Shown in pieces: positions 9,408-18,611 of a DNA stretch of 64,000 nucleotides (position 1 is the first letter of the stretch; every line of letters begins with the position of its first letter). Both the position numbers and the translations under genes were made by a program. The notes beneath the pieces were generated by a model, which had not been told where the DNA came from, ran no database searches, and worked only from the letters and a program-made list of their open reading frames with translations. Source of the DNA: a virus; the UHGV virus genome UHGV-0112180, one strand, 5' to 3'.

Positions 9408-9600
9408 AACAAAGCCTCTCAGTCATAACCTGGGGGAAACTGTATGCAGGGTGTGAAATGCGAGAAACAGACAGGCCACCAGTTCAGGGGGATGTGGTTC
9501 ATAAATCCCCTCACTGGTGACAAGTGACTTTCATTAATCTTTATGCGGGGGCCAGCTTCATTTGCTGGCATTAGATTAAAAATCAAACGGAGTAAATGAC

Positions 9601-9735
9601 ATGGATGTTATCTTCGAATTATTAATGCTAATTGATCTGTTTATGAACGCTTCATTGACCACTCAAATACTCGCGTCAATATTTTTGTTACTCTTCTACC
9701 TGGTATTGAGGGAGTTAACAAAGCTACTAATGTGA
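9601..9735 (+). CDS. Small hydrophobic peptide (44 aa), candidate membrane peptide
   Basis: ATG preceded by GGAG; MDVIFELLMLIDLFMNASLTTQILASIFLLLFYLVLRELTKLLM; its stop abuts the stop of the convergent 9736..10389 gene. Below the ORF-track length cutoff. Confidence 0.25.
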   Translation: MDVIFELLMLIDLFMNASLTTQILASIFLLLFYLVLRELTKLLM

Positions 9736-10389
9736 TCAAAGTATCACGGTATCTTCATCAACTTCTTTCCCAGTCAGCGACTTTGGCTGGGAGGTGCCTG
9801 CTTTAACTTTTTCATGCCCAATAATGGACAGGAACGAAGCGAGTATGCCTGTTTTTTGCTCTTTCTCGACTGTACCGGTCATCTGCTCTACGTAATCCGC
9901 ACTGGCAACATTGTGGTATACGGTCGCGTAGCAACACAGGATCATCAAAATATGTTCCGGCCTGATATCCTGCCAGTTCACCCGGTAAACTTCTTCTCCG
10001 TTACCGTTGTATTCGGTGTCAACGATGGAGTCGGGAATTTCGAAAGCACCTTTATTGTTTTGCGGCAGGGATAATAGCTTCTGGAGTTTTAGCTCTCTGT
10101 ATCTTTCCATCCCTACGATGATCGCAGCTCTGCCGTCGGCATGACGTGTCTTGAGTGTTACCTGGCTTGCTCCGGTGCCAGCGGAGATCGTTGGCGTAAT
10201 TTCGTCTACCAGCACCTTAAATTTGCTTTTCCGCAGGGCTGCTATAGCTGGAGGAATCTTTTGCTTTTGTTCCAATGCTGACGCGGGAAGGGGTTTTACT
10301 TCGTTAATCACGAGAGCACCGTCTTTCAGTATTGCAGTGAGCATTTGCGGTTTGCTGGTGGTCAGGCTGAATATTGCTATCTTCTCCAT
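9736..10389 (-). CDS. Hypothetical protein
   Basis: Start set at MEKIAIFSL (ATG at 10389) preceded by GGAGGAAGG ribosome-binding site. Confidence 0.45.
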   Translation of the reverse strand: MEKIAIFSLTTSKPQMLTAILKDGALVINEVKPLPASALEQKQKIPPAIAALRKSKFKVLVDEITPTISAGTGASQVTLKTRHADGRAAIIVGMERYRELKLQKLLSLPQNNKGAFEIPDSIVDTEYNGNGEEVYRVNWQDIRPEHILMILCCYATVYHNVASADYVEQMTGTVEKEQKTGILASFLSIIGHEKVKAGTSQPKSLTGKEVDEDTVIL

Positions 10390-10735
10390 TGTCCTTCCTC
10401 CACGGATGACGGATACAAAAAAAGGCCGCACATGGCGGCCTGCTTTGGCGTTATGACTCCCTACCGCGCTTCGGCTGAAAGTTAATCGTCAAAAGAACCT
10501 TCAACGGGAGCCGTTAGCGCGATGGATTATGTGCAGTTTGTGATTTCCAGAATAGTGTCAACCACTTTTTGAGGATTTTATTATTTGACCGAAACTTGGC
10601 CTAAATCATGTTGATGTAGTTGATTGTTTTTATAACATAAAACCTCATTTTGTTTACATGAAGGACGGGGTAGTGAAGTTAAGGGTTTTAGGGACCGCGC
10701 TCGCGGCTAAGATGGTAAAGTATGGAGTTAATGAA

Positions 10736-11569
10736 ATGTTTTTTATAAAAAATGGAAAAAGATGTTCCTCAACAATACTTGCTACTGTTGTTGCTCTCTC
10801 TGTTCCCACATTTGCCTTTGCTTATGATTTTAGCAAAATTGACTGTAATGCCCCTAAAACCAGACAGATGTTAATCGATGATTATAATGAACTGCTGAAG
10901 GACGATCAGGAAGCAATCTCTGTAATTGATGCTTATAATCAGATCAATGAGATAAGAGAAAAAAATAAGCTCCAATGTCTGGGAACGTATGAATTCTCTG
11001 ATGGAAGTGCGCTTAGGGTTAGATATAAGTTATATTTAAATAGCCTCGGCACACCCATATATGAATTTGCTCCAGTTGAGGAATTAACGCAGGATGATGT
11101 AAGCGCATCTATTCATAATTCCCCTGCAACTCCTGCAAGCATGGCTGGACATGATAAAAAAAATAATGGTGAAACGTATGCCTGTAAGGTGGCTGTAACT
11201 TACAAGGGGGAGCGTTCTAACTATATGGGGGATTCCGGAACATGGGATCGTGTGATTACTGACTATGGCACTTATTTTTCATGGGATTTGCCACGCGGAA
11301 ACCGAGGCAACAGCACAGGTCAGGATGCTTTTAGTGGCATGGACGAATCAAAGCCTGTATTAGAAAATCAGCTAGTGAGAAAGGAAACTGAAAAAGATGG
11401 TAGCGTGGTTGATGAATTTAGGACTGATGTAAGTTATGGGGAAAAACAACCAGTTCATAAGTTTGTATATGCTCGTAGAATAAAACCTACAGGCATGAGA
11501 GAGTATTATGTTACGGATTTAACAGACAAGCGGGCGTTTATGTTTCTGAATTGTCAGAGAGATTCGTGA
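10736..11569 (+). CDS. Secreted protein of unknown function (signal peptide), AT-rich
   Basis: Start chosen at MFFIKNGKRCSSTILATVVALSVPTFAFA (GGAG upstream); cleavable signal peptide ending AFA; Cys-containing mature part. Confidence 0.5.
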   Translation: MFFIKNGKRCSSTILATVVALSVPTFAFAYDFSKIDCNAPKTRQMLIDDYNELLKDDQEAISVIDAYNQINEIREKNKLQCLGTYEFSDGSALRVRYKLYLNSLGTPIYEFAPVEELTQDDVSASIHNSPATPASMAGHDKKNNGETYACKVAVTYKGERSNYMGDSGTWDRVITDYGTYFSWDLPRGNRGNSTGQDAFSGMDESKPVLENQLVRKETEKDGSVVDEFRTDVSYGEKQPVHKFVYARRIKPTGMREYYVTDLTDKRAFMFLNCQRDS

Positions 11570-11576
11570 TTGACAT

Positions 11577-11606
11577 AGCAGGCTTACTATTAAGCCTGCT
11601 TTTTGG
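11577..11606. terminator. Bidirectional rho-independent terminator
   Basis: AGCAGGCTTA-CTAT-TAAGCCTGCT followed by TTTTGG, between convergent genes. Confidence 0.55.
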
Positions 11607-11608
11607 CT

Positions 11609-11968
11609 TTACTCGGTAATAGTTTTGCAGTTGTTTTGATTTAATGACAATCCTAGCTTGCTAGCAGCCAACTCATTTTCTGTGTGAGAACCAGCAAAAA
11701 TGAAGCCTTGTTTTATCTTATTTACGGTGAAATATTTATTATACATGAACGCCCAGATAAATGAGGCAATCCACGGGCCAATTCCGGCTGTGAGGAATGC
11801 CAGTATCAGCATCACTACAAATACCCCAATAAAAGTTATAAAGTCTTTCCTGAACAAAGCTGGAAAAGCACCAAACAAGAATGTAGTCCAGGAAAAACCA
11901 TAAAAACCGGTGATTGATTCGCCAGTTTGAGGGTTTTCAAGTTTAATTTTAGTAGCCACGATTATCAT
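11609..11968 (-). CDS. Small inner-membrane protein of unknown function
   Basis: Two long hydrophobic segments (FGAFPALF...FIGVFVVMLILAFLTAGIGPWIASFIWAFMY). Confidence 0.45.
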   Translation of the reverse strand: MIIVATKIKLENPQTGESITGFYGFSWTTFLFGAFPALFRKDFITFIGVFVVMLILAFLTAGIGPWIASFIWAFMYNKYFTVNKIKQGFIFAGSHTENELAASKLGLSLNQNNCKTITE

Positions 11969-12104
11969 CCTTTTACATAAAAAACATATAGTTATAGTGC
12001 TGTGTGAGATTCTAATGTTACTAATTTACACTTTGTAATGCAATTAAATAACTTTAGGCAGTGGAAGTAACTATTCGTGGCAGACTATCGTTAAGACCTT
12101 TCAA

Positions 12105-12389
12105 TTATGGTTGCTGTAAATGGAGGGGAACAGCCTGTTCTATCATCCCGCGTATCAAGCCAACTTCAAGTAGTTCCTCGTATTCCCAGTATCTGTTTGT
12201 TACCAGATCCAGGCTGGCTATGACCTTGTGCCGGTCATTCGGCATAGCCAATTTTTCTGCTATAACCATCAGTGAAAACTCTTCATCCAGTAGAATTTGA
12301 TAGCAGTTTTTTGATAGTTCCACTTCCCTTATGAGACTGAAACGTCGCTGGATTGTGGCAGCAGAGTAAGTGAAATCTATTTTCTTCAT
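12105..12389 (-). CDS. Hypothetical protein
   Basis: 94-aa ORF; no recognisable motif. Confidence 0.3.
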   Translation of the reverse strand: MKKIDFTYSAATIQRRFSLIREVELSKNCYQILLDEEFSLMVIAEKLAMPNDRHKVIASLDLVTNRYWEYEELLEVGLIRGMIEQAVPLHLQQP

Positions 12390-12448
12390 CGTGCGGAGAA
12401 TCCGGTTATTTAGTAGTTAAAGCCCCGGACAGGCCGGGGCAACAGTAA

Positions 12449-12811
12449 TTAACTAACAATCCAGTCCGTAGCAACAACATCCTCTGGAGCTAAATCAATC
12501 GCATGGATTTTCCCATCCCGGATAGTGCGCCAGTGCTTTCGTGATCCACCTTCGGGCCACACCCATACACCTTCAGGCCAGGATACTCGACGGCATACGA
12601 TTGCATAGCCTGTTTTAATCCTCTCTCTGGCGGTATGCAACGACAGGTTTGCCTTTGGACTTTCAGGCACAGGATGGTGGATTGCCTGAAACATCCCCAT
12701 CTTTGGATGATACCAGCGTTTATTGCGTGGTTCTGCCTCCGACATCACCTGCTTAAAGGCTTTCCGGAAGGGGGGCCATGGCCACAATGGAGCGTCGCGC
12801 AAGCAAACCAT
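12449..12811 (-). pseudogene. Frameshifted 3' continuation of the antirepressor gene (copy 1), fused in-frame to a homologue of the small ORF that follows copy 2
   Basis: PPFRKAFKQVMSEAEPRNKRWYHPKMGMFQ parallels SPFMNAFNRMMSEAEHRGKRWYHPKMGQFQ at the end of 51363..52070; the tail VCRRVSWPEGVWVWPEGG parallels VCRRKVWSVGVWAWPDNY of 51166..51366. Confidence 0.3.
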
Positions 12812-13391
12812 CGGGAGTTAAAAACTCATGCGTATCGGTGGGAATCCGGAAAGCGTTAACCAGGTTGCGGCATTTGGCTTCAGTCAGGCCACATTTCGCC
12901 GCCAGCTGGCGGTAGCCAATGTAGCCTTCCGGAATATTGCCTTTCTTTATTTGCTCGAGTGTTTCAGCGACCATCGATACTTGTGCTGATACCTCGGCTA
13001 CCTGGGCATTTACGGCGTTGATCCGGCGTTCATGCTCAAGATGCATTTGCGCCATTTCAGCCAGAATTTCGGCTTTTGATTTTAACTGTACCCGGGCATT
13101 CTCCAGTTCGCGCCAGCGGTCCACCAGCCGGGCGGTGAATTCGGGAGAGAGCTGCGCGACGACGACAATACTATCGCGCTTGCCTTGCTCGCCTTCGAAG
13201 AAATAGGCTTTTGTGTATTTATTAGGGCTAAGTGATTGATTATTCTCAACTGTAGCCAATGGCGTATGTTGGATAACTCCTTTAGCAACAAGTCTTTCGA
13301 TGCTGCGTTTAACATCAGAGTGACGACTTCCCACCAGTTCCGCGATCTCAATGCTGGTCATTGTCGCTTTTTGAGAGATGGACAGATTCAT
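12753..13391 (-). CDS. Rha-type phage regulatory protein / antirepressor-like (copy 1; C-terminus altered by frameshift relative to copy 2)
   Basis: MTSIEIAELVGSRHSDVKRSIERLVAKGVI N-terminus and FEGEQGKRDSIVVVAQLSPEFTARLVDRWRELE core, near-identical to copy 2. Confidence 0.55.
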   Translation of the reverse strand: MNLSISQKATMTSIEIAELVGSRHSDVKRSIERLVAKGVIQHTPLATVENNQSLSPNKYTKAYFFEGEQGKRDSIVVVAQLSPEFTARLVDRWRELENARVQLKSKAEILAEMAQMHLEHERRINAVNAQVAEVSAQVSMVAETLEQIKKGNIPEGYIGYRQLAAKCGLTEAKCRNLVNAFRIPTDTHEFLTPDGLLARRSIVAMAPLPESL

Positions 13392-13606
13392 CAGTGCACC
13401 TCCACGCAGTTCATTGGCAGATTCCAGTAATTGAGGATCTCCATCGCATCAAGAGTGAAGCGAGCAGCAAAAATGCAGGGTTCTTCGGGAAGGTATGAGC
13501 GCGCCTCTGCTTCGGTAGCAGCCATTACGCAGATATAAAGGTGTTTTTGGCAGGAATAGAAACGCCAGATAAATTCAGAATGAGTTGGGGTAGGGATAGT
13601 AGCCAT
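13391..13606 (-). CDS. Icd-like small protein (P1 immI icd position, copy 1)
   Basis: 71 aa, EFIWRF...AATEAEAR motif; stop overlaps the ant start; AAGGAGG ribosome-binding site. Confidence 0.5.
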   Translation of the reverse strand: MATIPTPTHSEFIWRFYSCQKHLYICVMAATEAEARSYLPEEPCIFAARFTLDAMEILNYWNLPMNCVEVH

Positions 13607-13918
13607 ATTGGCAGCCTCCTTTGACTAAGTTAAGGAGCTACCGCGTGAGGTTCCAATCTCAATGGCGGTAGCACTGACTGGGTTGGAACTACCGGCGTCA
13701 AAGGGAACCGGCCTGCCTTTCGGCAGCCCAGCCAGCACTACCATTGATCTCTGAGCTAAACGCTAAGTATGGCTGTGCGATGGCATGACACAAAAAAAGA
13801 CGCGTTCGGCGTCTGTGTCGCCTTTGACATTATCCGGGGTTCCAATCCCGGCACCCGTTTTTCTAAGGTGCCGTAGAAATATACCCCACGATAATGCCAG
13901 GGCGCAACAGTCAGTATT

Positions 13919-14086
13919 TTATGCTTTGGCGGATTTCTTCCGGGCTTGCTTGCAGGCGTAGGCCATTGCTTTAGCTTTCACTTCATCCAGCTTCCCGGTG
14001 ATCACTTCTTTTCCGAGAGTGACAAACCAGTCATAGCAACCGCCAGTAATGTTCTTGATTTGAAAGTTGAGGTAGCGAACAGTCAT
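13919..14086 (-). CDS. Small basic protein (55 aa), hypothetical
   Basis: Read from sequence: MTVRYLNFQIKNITGGCYDWFVTLGKEVITGKLDEVKAKAMAYACKQARKKSAKA; below the ORF-track cutoff. Confidence 0.3.
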   Translation of the reverse strand: MTVRYLNFQIKNITGGCYDWFVTLGKEVITGKLDEVKAKAMAYACKQARKKSAKA

Positions 14087-14417
14087 TTTGACACCCCCAG
14101 CGCGAGTAAAGAATGCAGATTATCGCGTGAGTGGTGGACGACGAGTGATGGGAAAAGACTGTAGTTGTTCATAGTGTAGTGACTCCTTGCTTTCGGAGCC
14201 GCCATCGACTGTTCCACGGTCTGGTGGCGGCGCAATAAAGGCTGGAACACCGTGAGTCAACGGGGGCTTTTCAGCCACCTATATTGCACCGCCATAGGTA
14301 TGGCGGCGGCAATAATACGAAAAACTAAACAGTTTGTCTCAAAAAGTTGACCGGTGTGCCAATCGGTAGTGAATGTACATCGGTGAAATTCACAATTCAA
14401 CTTAAAATGTTAGAAAA

Positions 14418-14996
14418 CTAATTTATCAATTCAATCGCCATCTGATACAACGTCATTTCATCGGCATTGTGCCGCATGAAATCTGCTTTTCCGCCTATTT
14501 TTCCGTCAGCATGAACAGGGACCAGCCAGGGATATTGTTCTCGGACCTCGGCTGGCGCTGCGTACTGGTGGTGCCATTTACACAAAGGGAGGACATATTT
14601 ATGCGCGTTCTCTACCGTTCTCCCGAAGATATGGTGCAGGGATACCACAGGGCTATGTTGCCCGTGAATATGGCAGGCAATGCAGGGGAGAGTACCGATA
14701 GCGGTCTGTATCCGGCGTTCATCGGCTGTGAGTGATCTGCCCTTCAGGCCGCGTGACGTGCGTGTTTTTTTGGGCGGAGCGGATACCGCTTTATCTTTTC
14801 TCCGCTGTTCATATTGCTTTGCTTTTTCAATTTTCTTTTGCCGATATTCAGGCGATGCGGCTTTTTCTCTCGCTCGCTGCTGCTGGCGTTGAGCTTGTTG
14901 AAGGCGCTTTGCCCTTTGTTCCTCTCGCCAGGCTGGGTCAGCCAATTTTTGCATGGCTTTTTGTCTCTGTTTCTCCCAATAGCTCTGTTTCTGCAT
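14418..14996 (-). CDS. Ref-like recombination enhancement nuclease (HNH-type; P1 Ref analogue)
   Basis: Highly basic disordered N-terminus plus C-terminal His/Cys cluster LPCIACHIHGQHSPVVSLHHIFGRTVENAHKYVLPLCKWHH, matching the known architecture of P1 Ref. Confidence 0.55.
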   Translation of the reverse strand: MQKQSYWEKQRQKAMQKLADPAWREEQRAKRLQQAQRQQQRAREKAASPEYRQKKIEKAKQYEQRRKDKAVSAPPKKTRTSRGLKGRSLTADERRIQTAIGTLPCIACHIHGQHSPVVSLHHIFGRTVENAHKYVLPLCKWHHQYAAPAEVREQYPWLVPVHADGKIGGKADFMRHNADEMTLYQMAIELIN

Positions 14997-15268
14997 GATG
15001 GCAGTCTCTTACTTTTCAACGATTTTTCTATGATTGATCATAACCGTTAGATATTCAAAATTGATTTTCTAACACAAAACATTAATATCATCACTGATAA
15101 ATGTTTGGAGGACATGATGCTTATAGCTTTAAGTGCGATCCACCAGCCATCTGTGAATGAGATTGGCCTGTTCTATGTGTTGGTTTTCGGGGCGTTGGCG
15201 CTACTTGAGCTTGGTATTGAGCTTTTCGCAGTGCTTATGTTTTGCGTCACGATTCTGGGGAAATTTTG

Positions 15269-15880
15269 ATGGTGAAACGTGTTTTGAAAATTTACATCGC
15301 GGGGCCGATGACTGGTTATCCAGATTACAACCGTGCGGCGTTTAATGCGAAAGCGAGCGAGTTGATGGCTGAAGGGCATATCGTTCTGAATCCAGCTGTG
15401 TTACCTGGTGGCCTTTGTCAGAGTGAATACATGGATATTTGCCTGGCAATGGTGCGTTCTGCTGATGCGATCTACTTGCTCAATCGATGGGAGGAATCGA
15501 TTGGTGCTCGTGCAGAGCACGCGCTGGCTGAAAAGCTGGGGCTGACTGTAATTTATGAGTCACCAACCAACATTGAATGCCAGGTTGCTCCGCATATTTA
15601 CCGGGAACTGGTCAATGCACTGCGTGATATCGCTGCTGTATATCACGGCACAGAACAGCTTCGTGAGCGTTTAGCCCATACCATTTCCTATTACCTGTCT
15701 TTATCTCATGAGCACAAGCTCCGCCAGAAGGTAATGATCAAATTTATCATGAGGTTATCGAAATCCCTGGCAAACGCCGATCCAAAGAATCCATTACCGA
15801 AAGAGGCAATGAATTACCTGAAGTCCTGCAACGTTGTTTCTGAAGATGGCGTTCTTTTGGTTAGAAGGAGTTCTGCGTGA
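15269..15880 (+). CDS. DUF4406-like protein (nucleoside 2-deoxyribosyltransferase-like fold)
   Basis: N-terminal KIYIAGPMTGYPDYNRAAF motif; start set at MVKRV (ATG at 15269). Confidence 0.45.
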   Translation: MVKRVLKIYIAGPMTGYPDYNRAAFNAKASELMAEGHIVLNPAVLPGGLCQSEYMDICLAMVRSADAIYLLNRWEESIGARAEHALAEKLGLTVIYESPTNIECQVAPHIYRELVNALRDIAAVYHGTEQLRERLAHTISYYLSLSHEHKLRQKVMIKFIMRLSKSLANADPKNPLPKEAMNYLKSCNVVSEDGVLLVRRSSA

Positions 15881-16194
15881 GCTGGCGGGGATGGGGAAGG
15901 GCAGAAATCATGATACTCCGCCAGTGCGCCGGAACTATGACGGTCGAGAGTATTGGGAAGCTGATCGGTCGTACCGGTGATGCCGTCAGGACTAAAGCGC
16001 GGGAGTTGGGGATCAGCATGATTCTGAAAGGAGACTTTCATCCGTCAGCCAAATACCGGCAGAGCGATATAGAACTGGCACGGCAGCTTCATCAGTGTGG
16101 TGTTCCCCGCCGTGAGATCGCGGAAAAACTCGAAATGCCCCTGGGCATGATTAATCAGTACGTTTATTTCGAAAGGAGAGTGTATGAAGTCTGA
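15877..16194 (+). CDS. Hypothetical small protein, possible HTH
   Basis: 105-aa ORF coupled to upstream gene; TVESIGKLIGRTGDAVRTKARELG region. Confidence 0.3.
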   Translation: MSWRGWGRAEIMILRQCAGTMTVESIGKLIGRTGDAVRTKARELGISMILKGDFHPSAKYRQSDIELARQLHQCGVPRREIAEKLEMPLGMINQYVYFERRVYEV

Positions 16195-16672
16195 AGGTTT
16201 AACGCCCGCACAACTGGCAGAGCGTAACGCTGAGTATGTAACGGAAATTTCCCGACTTGAGAAAGCGTGTGCTGCGCTGGCGGCGGAGAATGCTGGGCTG
16301 AAACATGCAATGGCTGTAACTCTTGAGCATGTGTCGGTCACGGATGCAGGGCAGGCCGGAGTTGCTGCAATGATTATCAACGATGCCCTGCACCACAGCG
16401 AAACTCCAGCCACCAATGCTTTTCTGGCTGAAATTCGTGCGGCGGCTCGCAACGAGGGGATTAACTATACCGCAAGCCGTCTTGCTGCTGCTTTCAACCA
16501 CGGATTTATCAATAAGTCTTTACGTGAAGTTTTCGACGTTACGCGCATGATTCTGTCAGCGAAAGAAGAGTTGGCTAATGAACCGCACCCGATTGATGGC
16601 CTGTCCGGTGAATATGCGGAGAAATCCCTTGAAGAATGGGCGGAACAGATTCGCAAAGGAGCTGACAAGTGA
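16184..16672 (+). CDS. Coiled-coil protein, paralogue of 17088..17873 (tentatively Ead/Ea22-like)
   Basis: Shares ALAAENAGLK and FLAEIRAAARNEG...AAAFNHGFI segments with the ORF at 17088. Confidence 0.4.
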   Translation: MKSEGLTPAQLAERNAEYVTEISRLEKACAALAAENAGLKHAMAVTLEHVSVTDAGQAGVAAMIINDALHHSETPATNAFLAEIRAAARNEGINYTASRLAAAFNHGFINKSLREVFDVTRMILSAKEELANEPHPIDGLSGEYAEKSLEEWAEQIRKGADK

Positions 16673-17079
16673 AGAGGATGATTTTTGTGGCGGCATTGCT
16701 GACCATTACCCAACAGGCGCAGGCTTCAGCAGTTATTGTGGCATCTACCGCCGCGACCACGGCTGCTGTAGCTGCTGCGAACTCTGCGAATATCGCAAAC
16801 CAACAGTCACAGCGTGCTGCCAATGCATCAGCCAGTGTTCACCCGATCGCCATTAAGACCGGCAAGAAAAATATAGGTTTCATAACATGCGGCAAACGTT
16901 CTGACGAGGCTGTAGGTTCACTTGGATGTACGGTATATGGGGATAGTGAGAGTAGAGAAATTCCATGGAAAACGTGGCCCGGATACGTTCTCGGATCGAA
17001 GCTCCCTGCCAGCTACGAAGTAAATGCCGTATCGTTTGATCACTATAACGGCGTGGCAACTGTCTATTTTACATACTGA
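16669..17079 (+). CDS. Secreted Ala-rich small protein
   Basis: N-terminal signal peptide MKRMIFVAALLTITQQAQA; Ala/Thr-rich low-complexity region. Confidence 0.35.
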   Translation: MKRMIFVAALLTITQQAQASAVIVASTAATTAAVAAANSANIANQQSQRAANASASVHPIAIKTGKKNIGFITCGKRSDEAVGSLGCTVYGDSESREIPWKTWPGYVLGSKLPASYEVNAVSFDHYNGVATVYFTY

Positions 17080-17087
17080 GGCTCCGC

Positions 17088-17873
17088 ATGAAATTCTCCA
17101 AATTTTCTGAGTTGGTGAATCGTATTTTGTCCAACAACCACAGCCATCGTCGCGATATGGATGTAACGATCATTGTTCATTCGCCTGGCAGCATTGGTTC
17201 AACACCCTCAGTTGAGGTTCAGTCAATTCACGCTGGTTTTGATTGGGATTCCGGGAAAGTGCTGATTTTCCCTGCACAGCCACTGACTACGCTAACACCA
17301 GAACAGATTACTGATATTACTGATAGTGTGCGCAAAGGTCAGTCCTGGCACGCATATCAGGAATACAAGAAGCATAAAGAGCAGTTGGAAAAATTATCGA
17401 TTGAACTTGATACCGCAAAACAGCGCATTGCAGAGCTGGAGGGTAATCGCGCGGCGCTGGCTGCGGAGAATGCGAGACTGAAGGCGATATGTGAGGATCG
17501 CCGCACGTTCATTATGAATGGCGTGCAGCTTGGTTTTATCAAGGTGCCAACAGTGGAAATAGATCCAGCTCTTGAAACAATTCGTATCGCCCTATCACCA
17601 CAAAAAACCACTCCTGCGACCGACACTTTCCTGGATGAAGTGAAGACTGAAGCACGCAAGGAGGGCGCTTACTTTGTGGCGAACAGGATGCTGGCTGCCT
17701 GGAAAGCTGGTTTTATTGATGATACTGCGAAGAACGCCGCGGATATTGCCCGGATGATTCTTACCTCTACTGAGTTTATGGCTAATGCGCGGGAAGGCGA
17801 TTTTGACCGCTCATTCTCTGATGGCGTTCTCGAAGATATCGCCGAACAGCTTAGAAAAGGAGGTAAACAGTGA
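17088..17873 (+). CDS. Coiled-coil protein, paralogue of 16184..16672
   Basis: ALAAENARLKAICE and FLDEVKTEARKEGAYFVANRMLAAWKAGFIDD match the 16184 ORF. Confidence 0.4.
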   Translation: MKFSKFSELVNRILSNNHSHRRDMDVTIIVHSPGSIGSTPSVEVQSIHAGFDWDSGKVLIFPAQPLTTLTPEQITDITDSVRKGQSWHAYQEYKKHKEQLEKLSIELDTAKQRIAELEGNRAALAAENARLKAICEDRRTFIMNGVQLGFIKVPTVEIDPALETIRIALSPQKTTPATDTFLDEVKTEARKEGAYFVANRMLAAWKAGFIDDTAKNAADIARMILTSTEFMANAREGDFDRSFSDGVLEDIAEQLRKGGKQ

Positions 17874-18118
17874 GTAATACCGCACGACTACAGCTTGGTT
17901 TTTCACCGCTATCAAAAACCATCGTGTTGGCAAAAATGCGTGACTTAGGGGATGGAACAAAACGTCGTGTCGGCAATGATCGCGGTCGTGATGTAACCAA
18001 CGAGGCCGCACAACTCGTTTGGCATCTAGTCATGGCTGAAGGCGGTGAAATTAATTGGGAGCTGGATGATGGTTCTCGCATGGTATTGAAGGCAGAAAAG
18101 CAGGAGCCACCACAGTGA
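17870..18118 (+). CDS. Hypothetical small protein
   Basis: Translationally coupled chain of small ORFs (4-nt overlaps). Confidence 0.3.
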   Translation: MSNTARLQLGFSPLSKTIVLAKMRDLGDGTKRRVGNDRGRDVTNEAAQLVWHLVMAEGGEINWELDDGSRMVLKAEKQEPPQ

Positions 18119-18390
18119 ATATCGACACCACGATAACAATCGATACGGCCCTAAATACCGGTCTGGCACTTTTCGGTTGGCTTTACATCATGTCCCGTAC
18201 CTGGCGATGGCTGGGTTCCATTTTCCTAAAAGAGTGGAAAAAACGGCGCAAACAGGAACTACGCCAGAAGGCATTAGAAGCGTTCTATGACGCATTTGAG
18301 CTTAGCCGCATTGAACCAGGCACAACAGCCAGAATAGCGACAAAAGGCGACCTGATGATAGTGATGTTCAGACAGGAGAAAACCAAATGA
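18115..18390 (+). CDS. Hypothetical small membrane-anchored protein
   Basis: Coupled ORF; hydrophobic segment LALFGWLYIM. Confidence 0.3.
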   Translation: MNIDTTITIDTALNTGLALFGWLYIMSRTWRWLGSIFLKEWKKRRKQELRQKALEAFYDAFELSRIEPGTTARIATKGDLMIVMFRQEKTK

Positions 18391-18611
18391 CAGAACAGAC
18401 GATGACAAATCGCGAACTTGTTGATGCCGCGATTGAACTTGCTGGCGATTTTTATTCCATGATGGGTTACGAGCATCGACCTGGTTTTAAGTATTGGGAG
18501 TCACCGCATCCGCAAGAACAACAGGTGTTTGAAATGGCCTGCCGTGCTTTTGAGGTTATTCGCGGTTCTGATGTGATGGAGGCCGTTGCCGACTTGGAGG
18601 ATGAAGAGTGA
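18387..18611 (+). CDS. Hypothetical small protein
   Basis: Coupled ORF. Confidence 0.3.
   Translation: MTEQTMTNRELVDAAIELAGDFYSMMGYEHRPGFKYWESPHPQEQQVFEMACRAFEVIRGSDVMEAVADLEDEE

Noticed and set aside
16045-16823. Minus-strand ORFs 16045..16452, 16199..16501, 16465..16713, 16575..16823
   Set aside because: Antisense to a plus-strand run of coupled genes; Ala/Ser/Cys-rich shadow frames.
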